A stretch of 64,000 nucleotides of DNA, from contig CM106586.1 of NCBI GenBank assembly GCA_048013815.1, positions 12,958,001 to 13,022,000 on the forward strand, in the 5' to 3' direction. Under the pieces are notes generated by a model. The model saw only the letters and a list, made by a program, of their open reading frames with translations. It ran no database searches and had not been told where the DNA came from. The position numbers were made by a program, and so were the translations under genes. The stretch comes from Setoptus koraiensis. Lineage: Eukaryota > Animalia > Arthropoda. Of the stretch, positions 1 through 11,641 are shown in pieces (the first letter of the stretch is position 1; every line of letters starts with the position of its first letter).

Positions 1-1787
1 GTGGTTGCTGGCGCCTCACTCAATTGAGACTCTCAATTGAGTGTGTGTGTGCCAGCCCGGCCATCGACAATGAACTTAATTTATGTAACTCTCGCCAATT
101 GTTGCAACCTGTTAGTTTGCTCACGTTTCAAGGCCCCCGTTGGCTTGCCTGGCATGCATGCAATGGTGACGACGATGACGTAACGCATACTGCGTGTTCT
201 TACTGTTGTGTTACGTCATCGTCGTCATCATTGTCTTGTCCAAGGCTCTCATTATGGCAGTAGTTGCGTTTTATTGCCACTACTACTATTAATTGGTAAT
301 TATTTATTGGTGTAGCAGTAGTAGTAGTAGTAGTAGCTTTAATTAGAAACACACACACACACGCACACAATTAACAGTCAGCTCGCATATTACGTAATAT
401 ATACTGTATATAACGGTTTGCTTGTTTGTCTTCATAATGCCTAGCGTCATATGACGTAAGCGAGCTGCTAATTATTTCACTGATGATATTTTGTTAGTGA
501 TGCAGCTGACCATGGTCACCTTGTCTCACAGTATCGCTGATACCGTATCAGTATCGCTGATACCGTATCAGTGATCGCGCTGTATTGCTGGCCATAAGAG
601 ACGCAACAATCGTCATTGTCACACGCACACACACACAGGTAACCGGTTAACGCAATAATACAGTTAGGTAATGATGATAACGAATGCAGATAAGAAGGTA
701 AAGTGTGGTAATGGTCTAGTTGATGTCATTTCAACTAGCAGAATACTGGTAGCGGTTTGTTTGCGCGTTATTTTCAGCAGCCACACGTACACTCGTGCCT
801 GTTGCTGTTGCTGTTGTTGTGCCGACAGCGGCTCGTGTTACGTAACGCTCTGCTCTCGTCTAACGGTAGCTACCTGTTTTGCAATTCAAGGTTCTCAGGT
901 AGTAATCATTAGCAAATTGTTATTTCCCCGTTGCTGTCTAGATAATGATTATTTAATTGCTCGCCTCTCGACTTTTGCCGGCTTAGGACAGGTGAGCGTT
1001 ATTATTATTATTAATTTGTGTGTGTGTGTGTGTGTTATTGAGAGAGAAAGCGATCATCAGTTGAGCCCTGTCAAGCTCTGTTAGTTGGGCCTTGTTTGGC
1101 CCTGTCCACACACCATCGCGCCATCTTAGTCAGCTGGCCATCGATACAATAATGAACAACAAAACTGTAGCTGTTACATTCAACAGCGACAGGTTGCCTT
1201 GATATTGGTTGCTTAATTATCTCATGGCGCCTTGTTGATCTTGTCGAGATTATTTTACATTATTTGGGCTAGCCATCGAAATGTATTTTTGGCAACAACA
1301 GTGAGATTGTGTTGAGACGTGAATGCATTTAACATGGGCCTTGATTTGCCTTGGCAATTGTTGTTGCCGATGTACGGGAAGAGAATTTCTATTTAGAATT
1401 GTTAGTGCGTGTTGGTAGTAATTATTTTCGTTATTATTATCTTGGCTTTGCATTTATTTTCTTTTCCTTATTTATCTGTTCGCTAAAGATTCAGGCTCGT
1501 GTTTCCATCAGTTATAGTAATAATAAGCGTGTCCTGTTTATCAATCAGCATACTGATTGATAAACGAGACACGCTCAATATCGACCAATATCAATTCAAC
1601 ACTCGCGCTCTCGATGGTCGCCACTCATTAGTTAACTCTCTAAACTATAACTCTATTAAATTACTCTACTAAATTTCTCTACCAAATTTCTCTACCAAAT
1701 TTCTCTACTTAATTTCTCTATCCAATTTCTCTATTGAATTGCAAATTCTTTTTGTTGTTGTTGTTATAATTATCCTGTCGTGTGCAG

Positions 1788-3559
1788 TGGCGCCCAAGGC
1801 CGTGCTCCAATACTCCGGCGTTGAGTGTCTCAAGAGGGAGCCCGCCACAGTGAACAGGTCGCAAAGATTTGCCATTGTGGTGCTGATATCGCTTGCTTTT
1901 GTCTCACTGTTGGGCACCTTGTCGCACATATTCAACATTGAGCAATTTGGCCAGGAGTGGCCCCATTCGCCACCGTTGCTCAAGAGATTTTTGTCTTCGT
2001 TGATGCACTTCTCAATGTTGCGCAACATGAGAAAATTGTTTGCAACGCAACCCTCGTCAAACAGATCAAACGACATCAGTTGCATACATGGACTGCGATT
2101 TCTCACCATATCCTGGATAATATTTGGCCACACAATGCAGTACACCGAATGGGCCGGATTTGGACGCACATTCCAGATTGAGGACAATCTAGTATCGTTT
2201 GCCATTCAGCCATTGCTAAATGCAACCTTCTCAGTGGACACATTCTTTTTAATCAGCGGCCTACTCACCACCTATGTCACCTGGCAAATAACCAAGGGCG
2301 ATTATGATCGTTTCAACAAGGGCGCCTTCGTCGTGTCAAGATATCTGAGACTAACGCCACAAGTGATGTTAGTGACACTATTGTTCATTGTGTTTCCGCT
2401 TATGGGCGAAGGCCCCTACTGGAAGGGCCTCATACAGAAGGAATCTGAGCGCTGTCAGAACAATTGGTGGATAAACGCTCTCTATTTGCAGGCCTTCTTC
2501 AAGTCGGATCAAATTTGCAATTTGGTCACCTGGTGGCTGTCAATCGAGATGTTTTATCATCTTATATCGGTGTTTGTCATAATTGCACTGCTCAAGAGTC
2601 GCACCAAGGGCATGCTGCTGGCCCTCATAATGAGCTCGACATTCATGATGGTCTCCTTTTATCTCCATTATCTCAACTATTATCCGCCAAATATGCTGCC
2701 CACGCTGCCGCAACGATACGAAATCTGGGACTCTATTGTGAGGAAATTCTTTTGGACTCCGTATCCGCACGCGCCCGCTTATTTTGTTGGACTTGCGCTC
2801 GGCTTTGTGTTGTACACAAAATGCATCAGAAAACTGAGCAACAATCAAGTGAGAAACGGTTGGATATTGTTTACATTGTGCTACACAATTATCCTTTGGG
2901 GAACATACGGCTGGAACAAGAACGAGCCCTACACGCGACTAGTGAGCTCCGTTTACTATCACGCATGCCAAATATTGTGGGCCCTGGCCACTGGCTGGGC
3001 AATACTGGCCTGTGTGTTGGGTCGAGCCGGTTGGCTAAATCAATTTTTGTCCTTGCCAATATTTATTCCGCTTGGCAGGGCCACTTACATGACATACCTG
3101 GCCCACATGCTCATCGTAATGAGCTATCCCGCCTCGATGAATCTGCTCATTGAGCCCTCTTATCTCACCTTCATTTACATATTCATATCAAATTTGGTAT
3201 TCTCAAACATACTGGGCATCACGTTGACCATTGTGTATGAGTCGCCTATTTTGCATTTGCAAAAGTTAATATTATCCAATATGGCCGCCAATAAACTAGA
3301 GCCAATAGCCGAGACAGACGAGGAGAAGGACATGAGTAAAATAGCCGCTCTAATGGCGGCTCATCAAGGTAGTAACGGTACAGCTTTGACAACAACAACA
3401 ACAACAACAACATTGACAATAACAGAGCAACAGGCAACAAATAACAACAACAACAACAACAACAACGATAGCCATCCAAGCAACAATGGCAAACAACAAC
3501 AAACTAATGGCTTTTTTAGGGAGATGCGCGAGAAAAGGGGCGTAGTTGAGGGGAGATGA
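1788..3559 (+). CDS. nrf-6: Nose resistant to fluoxetine 6 / O-acyltransferase-like (acyltransferase-3 family) multipass membrane protein; large exon, 5' end probably upstream
   Basis: ORF contains SCIHGLRFLTISWIIFGHT, NATFSVDTFFLISGLL, RYLRLTP, WWLSIEMFYH and PLGRATYMTYLAH, all typical of NRF-6/OacA-like proteins. The ORF-track start at 1739 is a TTG; an acceptor-like tcctgtcgtgtgcag ends at 1787, so the true start and NRF domain are probably in upstream exons I could not identify. C-terminus has poly-T and poly-N tracts. Confidence 0.88.
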
Positions 3560-3728
3560 GCGGGAGCGGTGCGGTCAGCGACGCGGATCGCTTCAAATGA
3601 AAATAAATAAATATTTCCTCTCTCATCCTCAATCCTCGGTCAGTCTGGGCCCAATTTCTTGCAAGCCCCTGCAAACACTTGTACACTTGTAATATTATCA
3701 TATAACTCTAAACACAAGCAACAACAAC

Positions 3729-4319
3729 ATGGATTATCAGGATGATCATGACACTGTAGTGGATTACTCCAAAAGGGACGACAACGATGACGACGATGTT
3801 CAAATATGTGATAGTTGGCAACCAATCAAATTGGAACAGTGTAGTATTTGTTTCAATGATCCGCCAGTAAACGCCATTAAATTAAAATGTAAACACATCT
3901 TTTGTTTTTTATGTGTCAAGGGGGCAGCCGAGAACAATAATCGGTGTCCTATATGCCGATCAGATATTACACAAGACTTTTGGTCTAATCAACATCAAAT
4001 CATTGGAGCCACTCGTATTCCAACCGCTACACATGATGGCCAGTATTGGTTCTATGAGGCTTACGACAAAAATGGATGGTGGATGTACGACCCAGAAACA
4101 TCTAAGGAAATTGAGCAGGCATACCAGAGGGGCGATAGTACGCACGCGCGACTAATTGCTGGCTTCACCTATTGCATTGATTTCGAGAATATGGAACAAT
4201 GTCGCCGTGATGGAAATTCCAAAACCCGCGAAATAAGACGATCCACTCTTGAATATCTAAATATAAAAGGAGTCGCGGGCATCAAAAATGACGATCTGCT
4301 ATCAACTATAAAACTATAA
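3729..4319 (+). CDS. RNF146: E3 ubiquitin ligase RNF146/Iduna-like (RING + WWE), 196 aa, intronless
   Basis: C3HC4 RING (CSICFND...CKHIFCFLCV...CPICR) followed by a WWE domain (WFYE..NGWWMYD...LIAGFTYCIDFENMEQ.RR) and ending in the conserved KGVAGI motif. Confidence 0.92.
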   Translation: MDYQDDHDTVVDYSKRDDNDDDDVQICDSWQPIKLEQCSICFNDPPVNAIKLKCKHIFCFLCVKGAAENNNRCPICRSDITQDFWSNQHQIIGATRIPTATHDGQYWFYEAYDKNGWWMYDPETSKEIEQAYQRGDSTHARLIAGFTYCIDFENMEQCRRDGNSKTREIRRSTLEYLNIKGVAGIKNDDLLSTIKL

Positions 4320-5579
4320 TAGTTTATTCTCATTTGAGCTGTTCAAACGATTTACTTGATCATTACATATCCTTCTCAACGTTCTTGCACCATTATGATC
4401 CTCTTTGTAAATAAGAACTTTGTCAAAGCAGGTCAGAGCTTGCTTATGAGCCCCATCTTCATATAATTTTTTTCCATAAGTAAATAAATGGTCGGCCAGC
4501 AAACCGGCAGCGTCGGCTTTTTTATCTTTATCATATTTATGAGCCCTCTTATAATCATCCAGAGCCTTTGACCAGTTACCCATATCTGAATACAGTTTAG
4601 CTCGAGCTATATACGCTCTACAACTATTTGGGCAAATCTCGATCGCTTTATCAAAGTTTTGCATAGCGAGGAAACGTGCCTCCAAATTCATTTGTTTGAG
4701 ACCCATGGCGATATATGGCTCCGCCCAAGTGTTATTTTGTATATCTCTGAGGTGCTCAGCAGTCTCGTCGTTTGGAACCTCAAATCTCTCGAGCGATCCG
4801 CCATAGAAGGAAAATCTAGCAGGATCCAGTATACCTAGTTTTTTAATTAAATGCTCAGTTGATTGCAAATTGTAGAATCCTTGACTAGAATGTAAAACGT
4901 TACTGTACGTTAATTCATGACCATCCTCGACAGTTGGAACGAAAACATGTAGAGGTAGATCGTCCTCCTGTTTCTTTAGAATTCCCAACATCGAAGGCTC
5001 GTAATCTTTATCAGAAGGAATGTGCTGGGGCATCATGGAGGTAACTATCTCGAGCTTTTTGTCGTTGTTTTTATCTTCGTCCACATTTAAATGAATTAAT
5101 TCTTTAATGACAACACGGACATATAGGTCAGATTCAAAGCATTCGACAGAATCATTAAGATTGGCTAAGGGACAGTTGACGTCGATCACTCCCTCGTGAA
5201 CATTGAGAACTCTCCTTTTTGGGGCATCGAATGCAATCATTATAAGCGCTAGTCCACTGCTTGTTTTTTCTTTTATCTGAGCATATAAAATGTCGCCCAC
5301 CTTAAAACTCTTGATGTTGTTTTCATTTATATCTTTGTTTGAAATGTTTAGGAACTCTGGTGCTTCAATAGGTGGCATGATGGCGTGATATCGTACTGAT
5401 TCCCTCTCTGATAGTTGACCTCCTAAGTCCACAGTTTCTTTGTCGTATGAGAGATTCTCAGTGAGTTTTTCCATTCTTCTATAAAATTCGGACAATTTTT
5501 CTTTGGTATTTACAATCCTAGATTCTCTCATGACAGGCAAGAGAGGTCTCTTTGTGCGGTTAGTTAAATCTGAGGCCAT
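4314..5579 (-). CDS. TTC14: Tetratricopeptide repeat protein 14-like (S1-like domain + TPRs), 421 aa, intronless
   Basis: YHAIMPPIE, KVGDILYAQI, GF.N....HLIKKLGI and C-terminal TPRs (AMQNFDKAIEICP...AYIARAKLY...ALDDYKRA) match the TTC14 architecture. Confidence 0.85.
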   Translation of the reverse strand: MASDLTNRTKRPLLPVMRESRIVNTKEKLSEFYRRMEKLTENLSYDKETVDLGGQLSERESVRYHAIMPPIEAPEFLNISNKDINENNIKSFKVGDILYAQIKEKTSSGLALIMIAFDAPKRRVLNVHEGVIDVNCPLANLNDSVECFESDLYVRVVIKELIHLNVDEDKNNDKKLEIVTSMMPQHIPSDKDYEPSMLGILKKQEDDLPLHVFVPTVEDGHELTYSNVLHSSQGFYNLQSTEHLIKKLGILDPARFSFYGGSLERFEVPNDETAEHLRDIQNNTWAEPYIAMGLKQMNLEARFLAMQNFDKAIEICPNSCRAYIARAKLYSDMGNWSKALDDYKRAHKYDKDKKADAAGLLADHLFTYGKKLYEDGAHKQALTCFDKVLIYKEDHNGARTLRRICNDQVNRLNSSNENKLL

Positions 5580-6467
5580 GATAGAGAATCGAAATATCCC
5601 TCCTCTCTTCCAGACACTGAGATAGGATGACCTAAATTGGTATTAGAGTTATATTTTTCGGTTGGATATTATGCTCTTTATTTGTATGTATGTCTTACAC
5701 TCGACGATTGCTTACTAACTGAAAAATATCATCTATCGACTCACATGAGAAAAACGGTTGTAATTGTATCTCGCGTTGCCTTTCATCATGAGACTCTCAT
5801 GTATGCAACAACGATCTGTGTATCGAGCATGGACGTTGGCGCCATAGTCGAGACTGCAACTGCATAAACAGTGCAATGCTGCACACACTATTGTATCCAA
5901 CAATTGGAGATGCTAACTTACCTAGATTATTAAAAACTGGATATTCAAGACTGGTTACCATGTAAAAACGCTCATCTGAGTTTGCAATGAACCCACATGT
6001 CACATGATTCTAAGAGGCGCCCCCAGGCGGAGAGTTGTGAAGCGCAGCATCGGTCGAGCGAGCTCACTAGAGGGCCTCTATAAGAGGCTAGGTGGATAGA
6101 AAGAGAGAGGATCGTGTTGAATTTTTTATTGTGATAATCTGCCACAATAATAAACGCCATCAACACTTATTAAGAGCACAATTAGAGAGGACGATTCAAT
6201 TTGGTCGCAACAACAAAGAGATTCCTTAGGCGGAGAGTAAGTATCAGCGAAAAAAACTACCTTGGAGTTCCTGGATAAATCATACGACGAGCCAAGTTTT
6301 AATTCAAAGTGAGTAAACTCGACAACTCAAACTTTGCTCAATATTTTCGTGATTCGATAGACTTCTATACGACTTTCGGTATTAAAATAGTTGAATTTTA
6401 GTATAAATTTCAACAGTTACAAAATAAAAATAGCGTTTCCACTCGTGATATAAGTTCATCTATTGAT

Positions 6468-8928
6468 CTATGGTTCGACAACTTTCTCTGTTAGCTGATC
6501 AGACACGTAAGCATTAGCCTTGTATTTTGGGTAAAACTGATATTCATCGGGAACTTTGCCTAAAAACATTTCACTGATTTTAATCCAGTCGCTGCAAGAT
6601 GGGCTTGATAAAGTTGTCTCCAATTCATCCCGACCGTGGTATGGAGGCGGTCTTTGGTTGATTTTCTGTGGCAAAACTTCCAATAGACCCACAGGAATGT
6701 ACCGATAAGCGAACGACAACCACTCTAGTAAAAATCTCCTAGTGGTTTCCACGCCTTGTGAATCAGAGCCCCAGTGATCGAGACCAAAGTTAACATAGTC
6801 TTTGACAATATCCAATCGTTCTCAACTTGATATATCCCATGTTCGTCGCTCTTTGATTTCTGTGAATATCCACGGTTTGATCAGTGCCCCCCTGGCTATC
6901 ATAACTCCAGATAAATTCGGATATTTCTCAAGGTTCTGATAGTACTCTTCATGGGATAGGCAGTCCCCAGATCCCATAAGCGGTATATCTGTCATCTTGG
7001 CACATTCGTTCACATAGGACCAATCTGCCAGTCTGGTATAACGTTGTGCCCGTGATCGACCATGAATGCAAATCGAACCAATGTGCTCTTTTCCAAAGGG
7101 ACCAATAATAGATTTCACGATGTTGTGGGCGATGTTTTTGTCCTCTAAACAACCAGCTCTCATTTTGATCGTCACCGGAACTTTACTAACCATGGCACAC
7201 CCAGCAATAATTTTGCGCAACTTCGATGGACGCAACATTAGCCCAGCCCCGGCACCAGACATGTAAATGTAGTCAGTAGGGCAGCCACAGTTGATATCTA
7301 TGAAGTCAAAATCGCACTGCTCGTTTAGAAGTTGTGCAGTCTTGGTCATCACCTCTGGATGTTGACCACAGATCTGGATACCAAAAATGTCCTCACTAGC
7401 ATGTCTTCGAAGATGAGACCACTCAGATAGCGCTCCTGTCATTAGGGTTGATGCCAGTGACATTTCTGAACATGTGACATCACATTGAAATTTCTTACAT
7501 ACCCTCCTAAAAGGCATGTTTCCAACAGTGGTGAGAGGGGCTAGACACAATTTCTCACTAAAGTCAACTTTCCTTTTTTGAAAATCTCTTCCTAGTATAA
7601 AATCATCAACAAGAGCAGCACCAATCCTCTTTTCTTCTTCATTTTTTGAAGAATTGTCACTGGATGTAGGTTCTTTTGTACAGGATGATTCGTCTTGAGA
7701 TTTATTATCGGCGTCATCGTTGGCAGGTAGAGGCTTATTATCAGCAGCACAGAAGGCAAGTATTGCGGCATCTGACAACTTGAAATCGTACTTTTTCTTT
7801 CGTAAATCGAATTGTATGCTCATATCTAGGCGATTTCTTTCTCGATTCTTAAATAGAATACTACCTTGCTTAATTGACCATTGCTGATGATCTACAATGT
7901 TAAAAATAAGCTTTCTCTCCTCATTGATTTTAATATGGTTCTGGTTGAATTTGCATATGAAACTGTATGGGCATCGTCCATAAGTTGAGTAAGTATAGCA
8001 GTCACCACTTATTGGTTCATAATCATTGCTACTTGTGACGATCTTGAAGCAATCATGGCTGTAATTACACTTTNNNNNNNNNNNNNNNNNNNNNNNNNNN
8101 NNNNNNNNNNNNNNNNNNNNNNNNNNNNNNNNNNNNNNNNNNNNNNNNNNNNNNNNNNNNNNNNNNNNNNNNNNNNNNNNNNNNNNNNNNNNNNNNNNNN
8201 NNNNNNNNNNNNNNNNNNNNNNNNNNNNNNNNNNNNNNNNNNNNNNNNNNNNNNNNNNNNNNNNNNNNNNNNNNNNNNNNNNNNNNNNNNNNNNNNNNNN
8301 NNNNNNNNNNNNNNNNNNNNNNNNNNNNNNNNNNNNNNNNNNNNNNNNNNNNNNNNNNNNNNNNNNNNNNNNNNNNNNNNNNNNNNNNNNNNNNNNNNNN
8401 NNNNNNNNNNNNNNNNNNNNNNNNNNNNNNNNNNNNNNNNNNNNNNNNNNNNNNNNNNNNNNNNNNNNNNNNNNNNNNNNNNNNNNNNNNNNNNNNNNNN
8501 NNNNNNNNNNNNNNNNNNNNNNNNNNNNNNNNNNNNNNNNNNNNNNNNNNNNNNNNNNNNNNNNNNNNNNNNNCGTTATACGGGCATTTACCATCTGACT
8601 CAAGATATCGGAGGCAAAGCCTGAGAGATTTGTCAACAGGTGCTCTAGTTGGTTCAACTTCGTCACCTTTGTCGTCTCTGTTGCCTCCTTTCCGGCCTCT
8701 CGCTCTTTTATTGAACCTGTACTTGTTCTTGTTTTGACCCCTCAATTTCATTCTTTTTGAATCGCCCCTATCGTAGTGGCTTTTTGCATCGTCATTCTTT
8801 CTTTTGTTTCGATCTTCCTCATGTACATGGTCCCAATCAATGTCTCGATTTTTGGCATCTAGTAGAAATGTAGACTTAATAGGGGCCGTGCCCGGCGCCA
8901 GATCGGGTTTTTCAGTTTTCACATCCAT
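6468..8928 (-). CDS. DUS3L: tRNA-dihydrouridine(47) synthase DUS3-like, interrupted in this assembly by a 500-N gap and one in-frame TGA (6822-6824)
   Basis: GTAPIK N-terminus, two CCCH fingers, [14 protein letters not shown], catalytic [41 protein letters not shown], then [14 protein letters not shown]...[19 protein letters not shown]...PKYKANAY in the same frame through the stop. Confidence 0.93.
8074..8573. other. Scaffold gap (500 N) inside the DUS3L first zinc finger
   Basis: Run of N from 8074 to 8573. Confidence 0.99.
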
Positions 8929-9192
8929 GTCTGTGAGTGTTTCTAGCCTAGTTGTAATCTCGAATGATGTCCTGATATGAGGATCTTATCTTATGAAGTT
9001 ACATCAAAGTCAGTTAGAATGGACTGATTGTTCATGTACTCCGTTTACTAACTTGACCACATGTCTTTTAGTAATGTTTCTAGAATAACGTGGACCGGTT
9101 TTTGGGCGGTGATTTCAAAAATTGTGAATATGCAGTTTAATATTCATAAATATTCCACATCAATGTAGATGAAAAAAAAATGAACCGACTTG

Positions 9193-9753
9193 TCAGGGTG
9201 ATTCAAGAGATATCTCCATAGACCTGGCCTTTTCCTCAGCTTCTTTTTCCAAAGGTAATATGACACCATCGTCTTCATCTCTGTAACCGAAATAGTCGCA
9301 GTCGACATTTTTCAAGAGTTCAGCTTTGGTTTTCCGAGGCTGCTTTTTCACTTCTTGTACAAACAATTCTCTGACACCCGGCAGGTCTTTTGCAGCACCG
9401 AAATATTTGTAACCACGAGTGCCTGGTGCCTCTTGGCCGTCGAATTTTTGTTTAGGAGCCAGAAAGAAGTTTGTACCGCCTAATTCGAGTATCCTATTTT
9501 CCCAATGTCTTTTTTCGCGCAACAACTTGTTTATTTGATCATTGAGATCTCTGAGTTTGAATTCACCTAAACCGGCGTTTTGTATTTGCGACACCAGACT
9601 GCTGATCTCTCTGATGATTTCTATCCTCCATTTTTCGGCATCCTTCAAGTCAGAGCAATGGCTCGCTAGATATGGCCTCTTTTCCTGGGTGCCCACGTGG
9701 GTTTGTCTCCATCGGGCCAGAGTGGTCATTGCTTTTTCGGCGTTTCGAGCCAT
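9193..9753 (-). CDS. ISY1: Pre-mRNA splicing factor ISY1 homolog, 186 aa
   Basis: MARNAEKAMTTLARW, RPYLAS.C..L..AEKWR, IQNAGLGEFKLRDLNDQINKLLREK.HWE, GYKYFGAAKDLPGVRELF, YFGYRDEDDG. Confidence 0.95.
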   Translation of the reverse strand: MARNAEKAMTTLARWRQTHVGTQEKRPYLASHCSDLKDAEKWRIEIIREISSLVSQIQNAGLGEFKLRDLNDQINKLLREKRHWENRILELGGTNFFLAPKQKFDGQEAPGTRGYKYFGAAKDLPGVRELFVQEVKKQPRKTKAELLKNVDCDYFGYRDEDDGVILPLEKEAEEKARSMEISLESP

Positions 9754-10237
9754 ATTGGATGGACTTGGTGATGCACTCGATCCCTAGATGTTTTTTCGAG
9801 ATTGGAATGCAAAAATCTGATTTACGTTAATTGTAATATAACTTCACTCGTCGGATGGATATAGTCGGATCGATTGTCGATACAATGTGATCGTATTTAT
9901 TGTATTCCTGCAGCATCAGCAGAGCTGATGTTTTTCTGTGCGCAGAAATGTCAGTGCGAGAAACATGATTCAATAGGCGCATTATAATGGATGGTGGTTC
10001 AGCGCTCGCACGCATAGAACTCGACATTATCGTGGATATGCGCCCAAGCATACTATTGTTGTTGTAGGGTGTGTAGTAAATTTATAAATCATTCCTAATA
10101 TATTAAATAAATATATAAATAATAAATTAATTGCCATCGATTTAATCGTCTCGTCAGACAACAAAGCCAAGAACGTATCATTAGATTTATTATTTTTATG
10201 ATAAGCTTTGTTGTTTGTTTTATGAAGTTTATACACA

Positions 10238-11275
10238 ATGAGTATATTCCTTGGATTAAGGCAGAGCGCCGACATAGATATTATATTGGAGGACTGTTCA
10301 TCGCGTCAGATGGCCGAAATAAGAACAGAAGATGGCAGAAAAGAAAAGTGTTACCTATTCTATGATGGAGAAACGGTAGCTGGAAGGGTCAATATAACTC
10401 TTAAAACTCCCAAATATAAACTCGAACATCAAGGTATTAAAATAGAATTTATTGGTGAAATAGAACTCTATCAGGACCGTGGCAATCACCATGAATTCAC
10501 ATCACTGGTCAAAGATCTAGATAGACCGGGTGAATTAATGCAAAATATGTCGTATCCATTTGAATTTGCCAATGTGGAAAAACCGTATGAGTCTTACACT
10601 GGCACCAATGTTCGCCTAAGATATTTTCTTCGCGTCACAATTACACGACGCCTAAGTGATATCGTGAAAGAGATGGATATAATTGTTCATACATTATATT
10701 CCTACCCCGAAGTAGACTCTTCTATCAAGATGGAAGTTGGCATTGAGGATTGCCTGCACATTGAGTTTGAATACAACAAATCCAAGTAAGTATAAAAATG
10801 TAAAGAAATTATCTCTTGTATTGCATGAAGCCGATGCGTCGATTCTTGAAGCCATACTGATTTGGGCCACTAATCTCCATTTTCTCTCTATTCAATAAAA
10901 TGCACCCTTCTCATATCAAATAACAGATATCATCTAAGAGATGTCATTCTTGGAAAAATATATTTTCTATTAGTTAGGATCAAGATAAAAAATATGGAAA
11001 TAGCCATAATAAAAAGAGAGTCCACTGGTAATGGACAGAATACCTTCAACGAGAGTGAAATTATTGCCAAGCATGAAATTATGGATGGGGCACCGGCCAA
11101 AGGAGAGTCAATTCCAATAAGACTATTCTTGAGTGGTTACGACTTGACACCAACAATCAAAGATATTGGAAAGAAATTTTCCGTTCGTTATTATCTCAAC
11201 CTTGTTCTAGTCGACGAAGAGGAACGTAGATACTTTAAGCAACAAGAGATTATTCTCTGGCGCAAAAAATACTGA
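10238..11275 (+). CDS. VPS26: Retromer subunit VPS26, 298 aa; exons 10238-10785 and 10927-11275
   Basis: Donor AA|GTAAG at 10786 and acceptor TAACAG| at 10926 join to give FEYNKSK-YHLRDVILGKIYFLLVRIKI; IKMEVGIEDCLHIEFEY, EIMDGAP.KGESIPIRLFL and YFKQQEIILWRK are present. Confidence 0.96.
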
Positions 11276-11641
11276 GCGGAATGTTGGATAGAAATAATTG
11301 GCCTGGCGACAGATATCTCAATTTTCAGATGGCGCGTAGAACTAATCATTTGCGTCGATTGGTATTACTCTATTTATACTAATTGTTTCATTCAATCAAC
11401 AGTAATAATAAGAGGACCATAGCTGTTAAAATGACATTGCCGTTCAAACTGCTGAATACTTGTCGAAATAAGATACTCCTTCTTTATTGACGGTGATGCT
11501 GTTACTCATAGGATCAACTGTTTCAGTTGTATGTACAATTGTTCAGTTGTAACAAAGTTACTGTTGTCTAATTGTTATTGTTCGCAAAAAAAACTTGTTG
11601 TAATCAATGTTGTTCTTTCTCTGATTGCTAGGTTACCATTA

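Noticed and set aside
1705-2205. 166-aa antisense ORF overlapping nrf-6 (and similar antisense ORFs over sas and ETNPPL)
   Set aside because: Shadow ORFs on the opposite strand or frame of well-supported genes, with no motifs of their own.
6150-6467. Selenocysteine explanation for the DUS3L TGA
   Set aside because: The aligned residue is Ser/Gly/Thr rather than Cys, DUS3 is not a known selenoprotein, and the two ATGA motifs in the 3' region do not form a SECIS-like helix by eye.
8065-8666. Programmed frameshift between the two DUS3L ORFs
   Set aside because: The frame change is caused by the arbitrary 500-N gap length.
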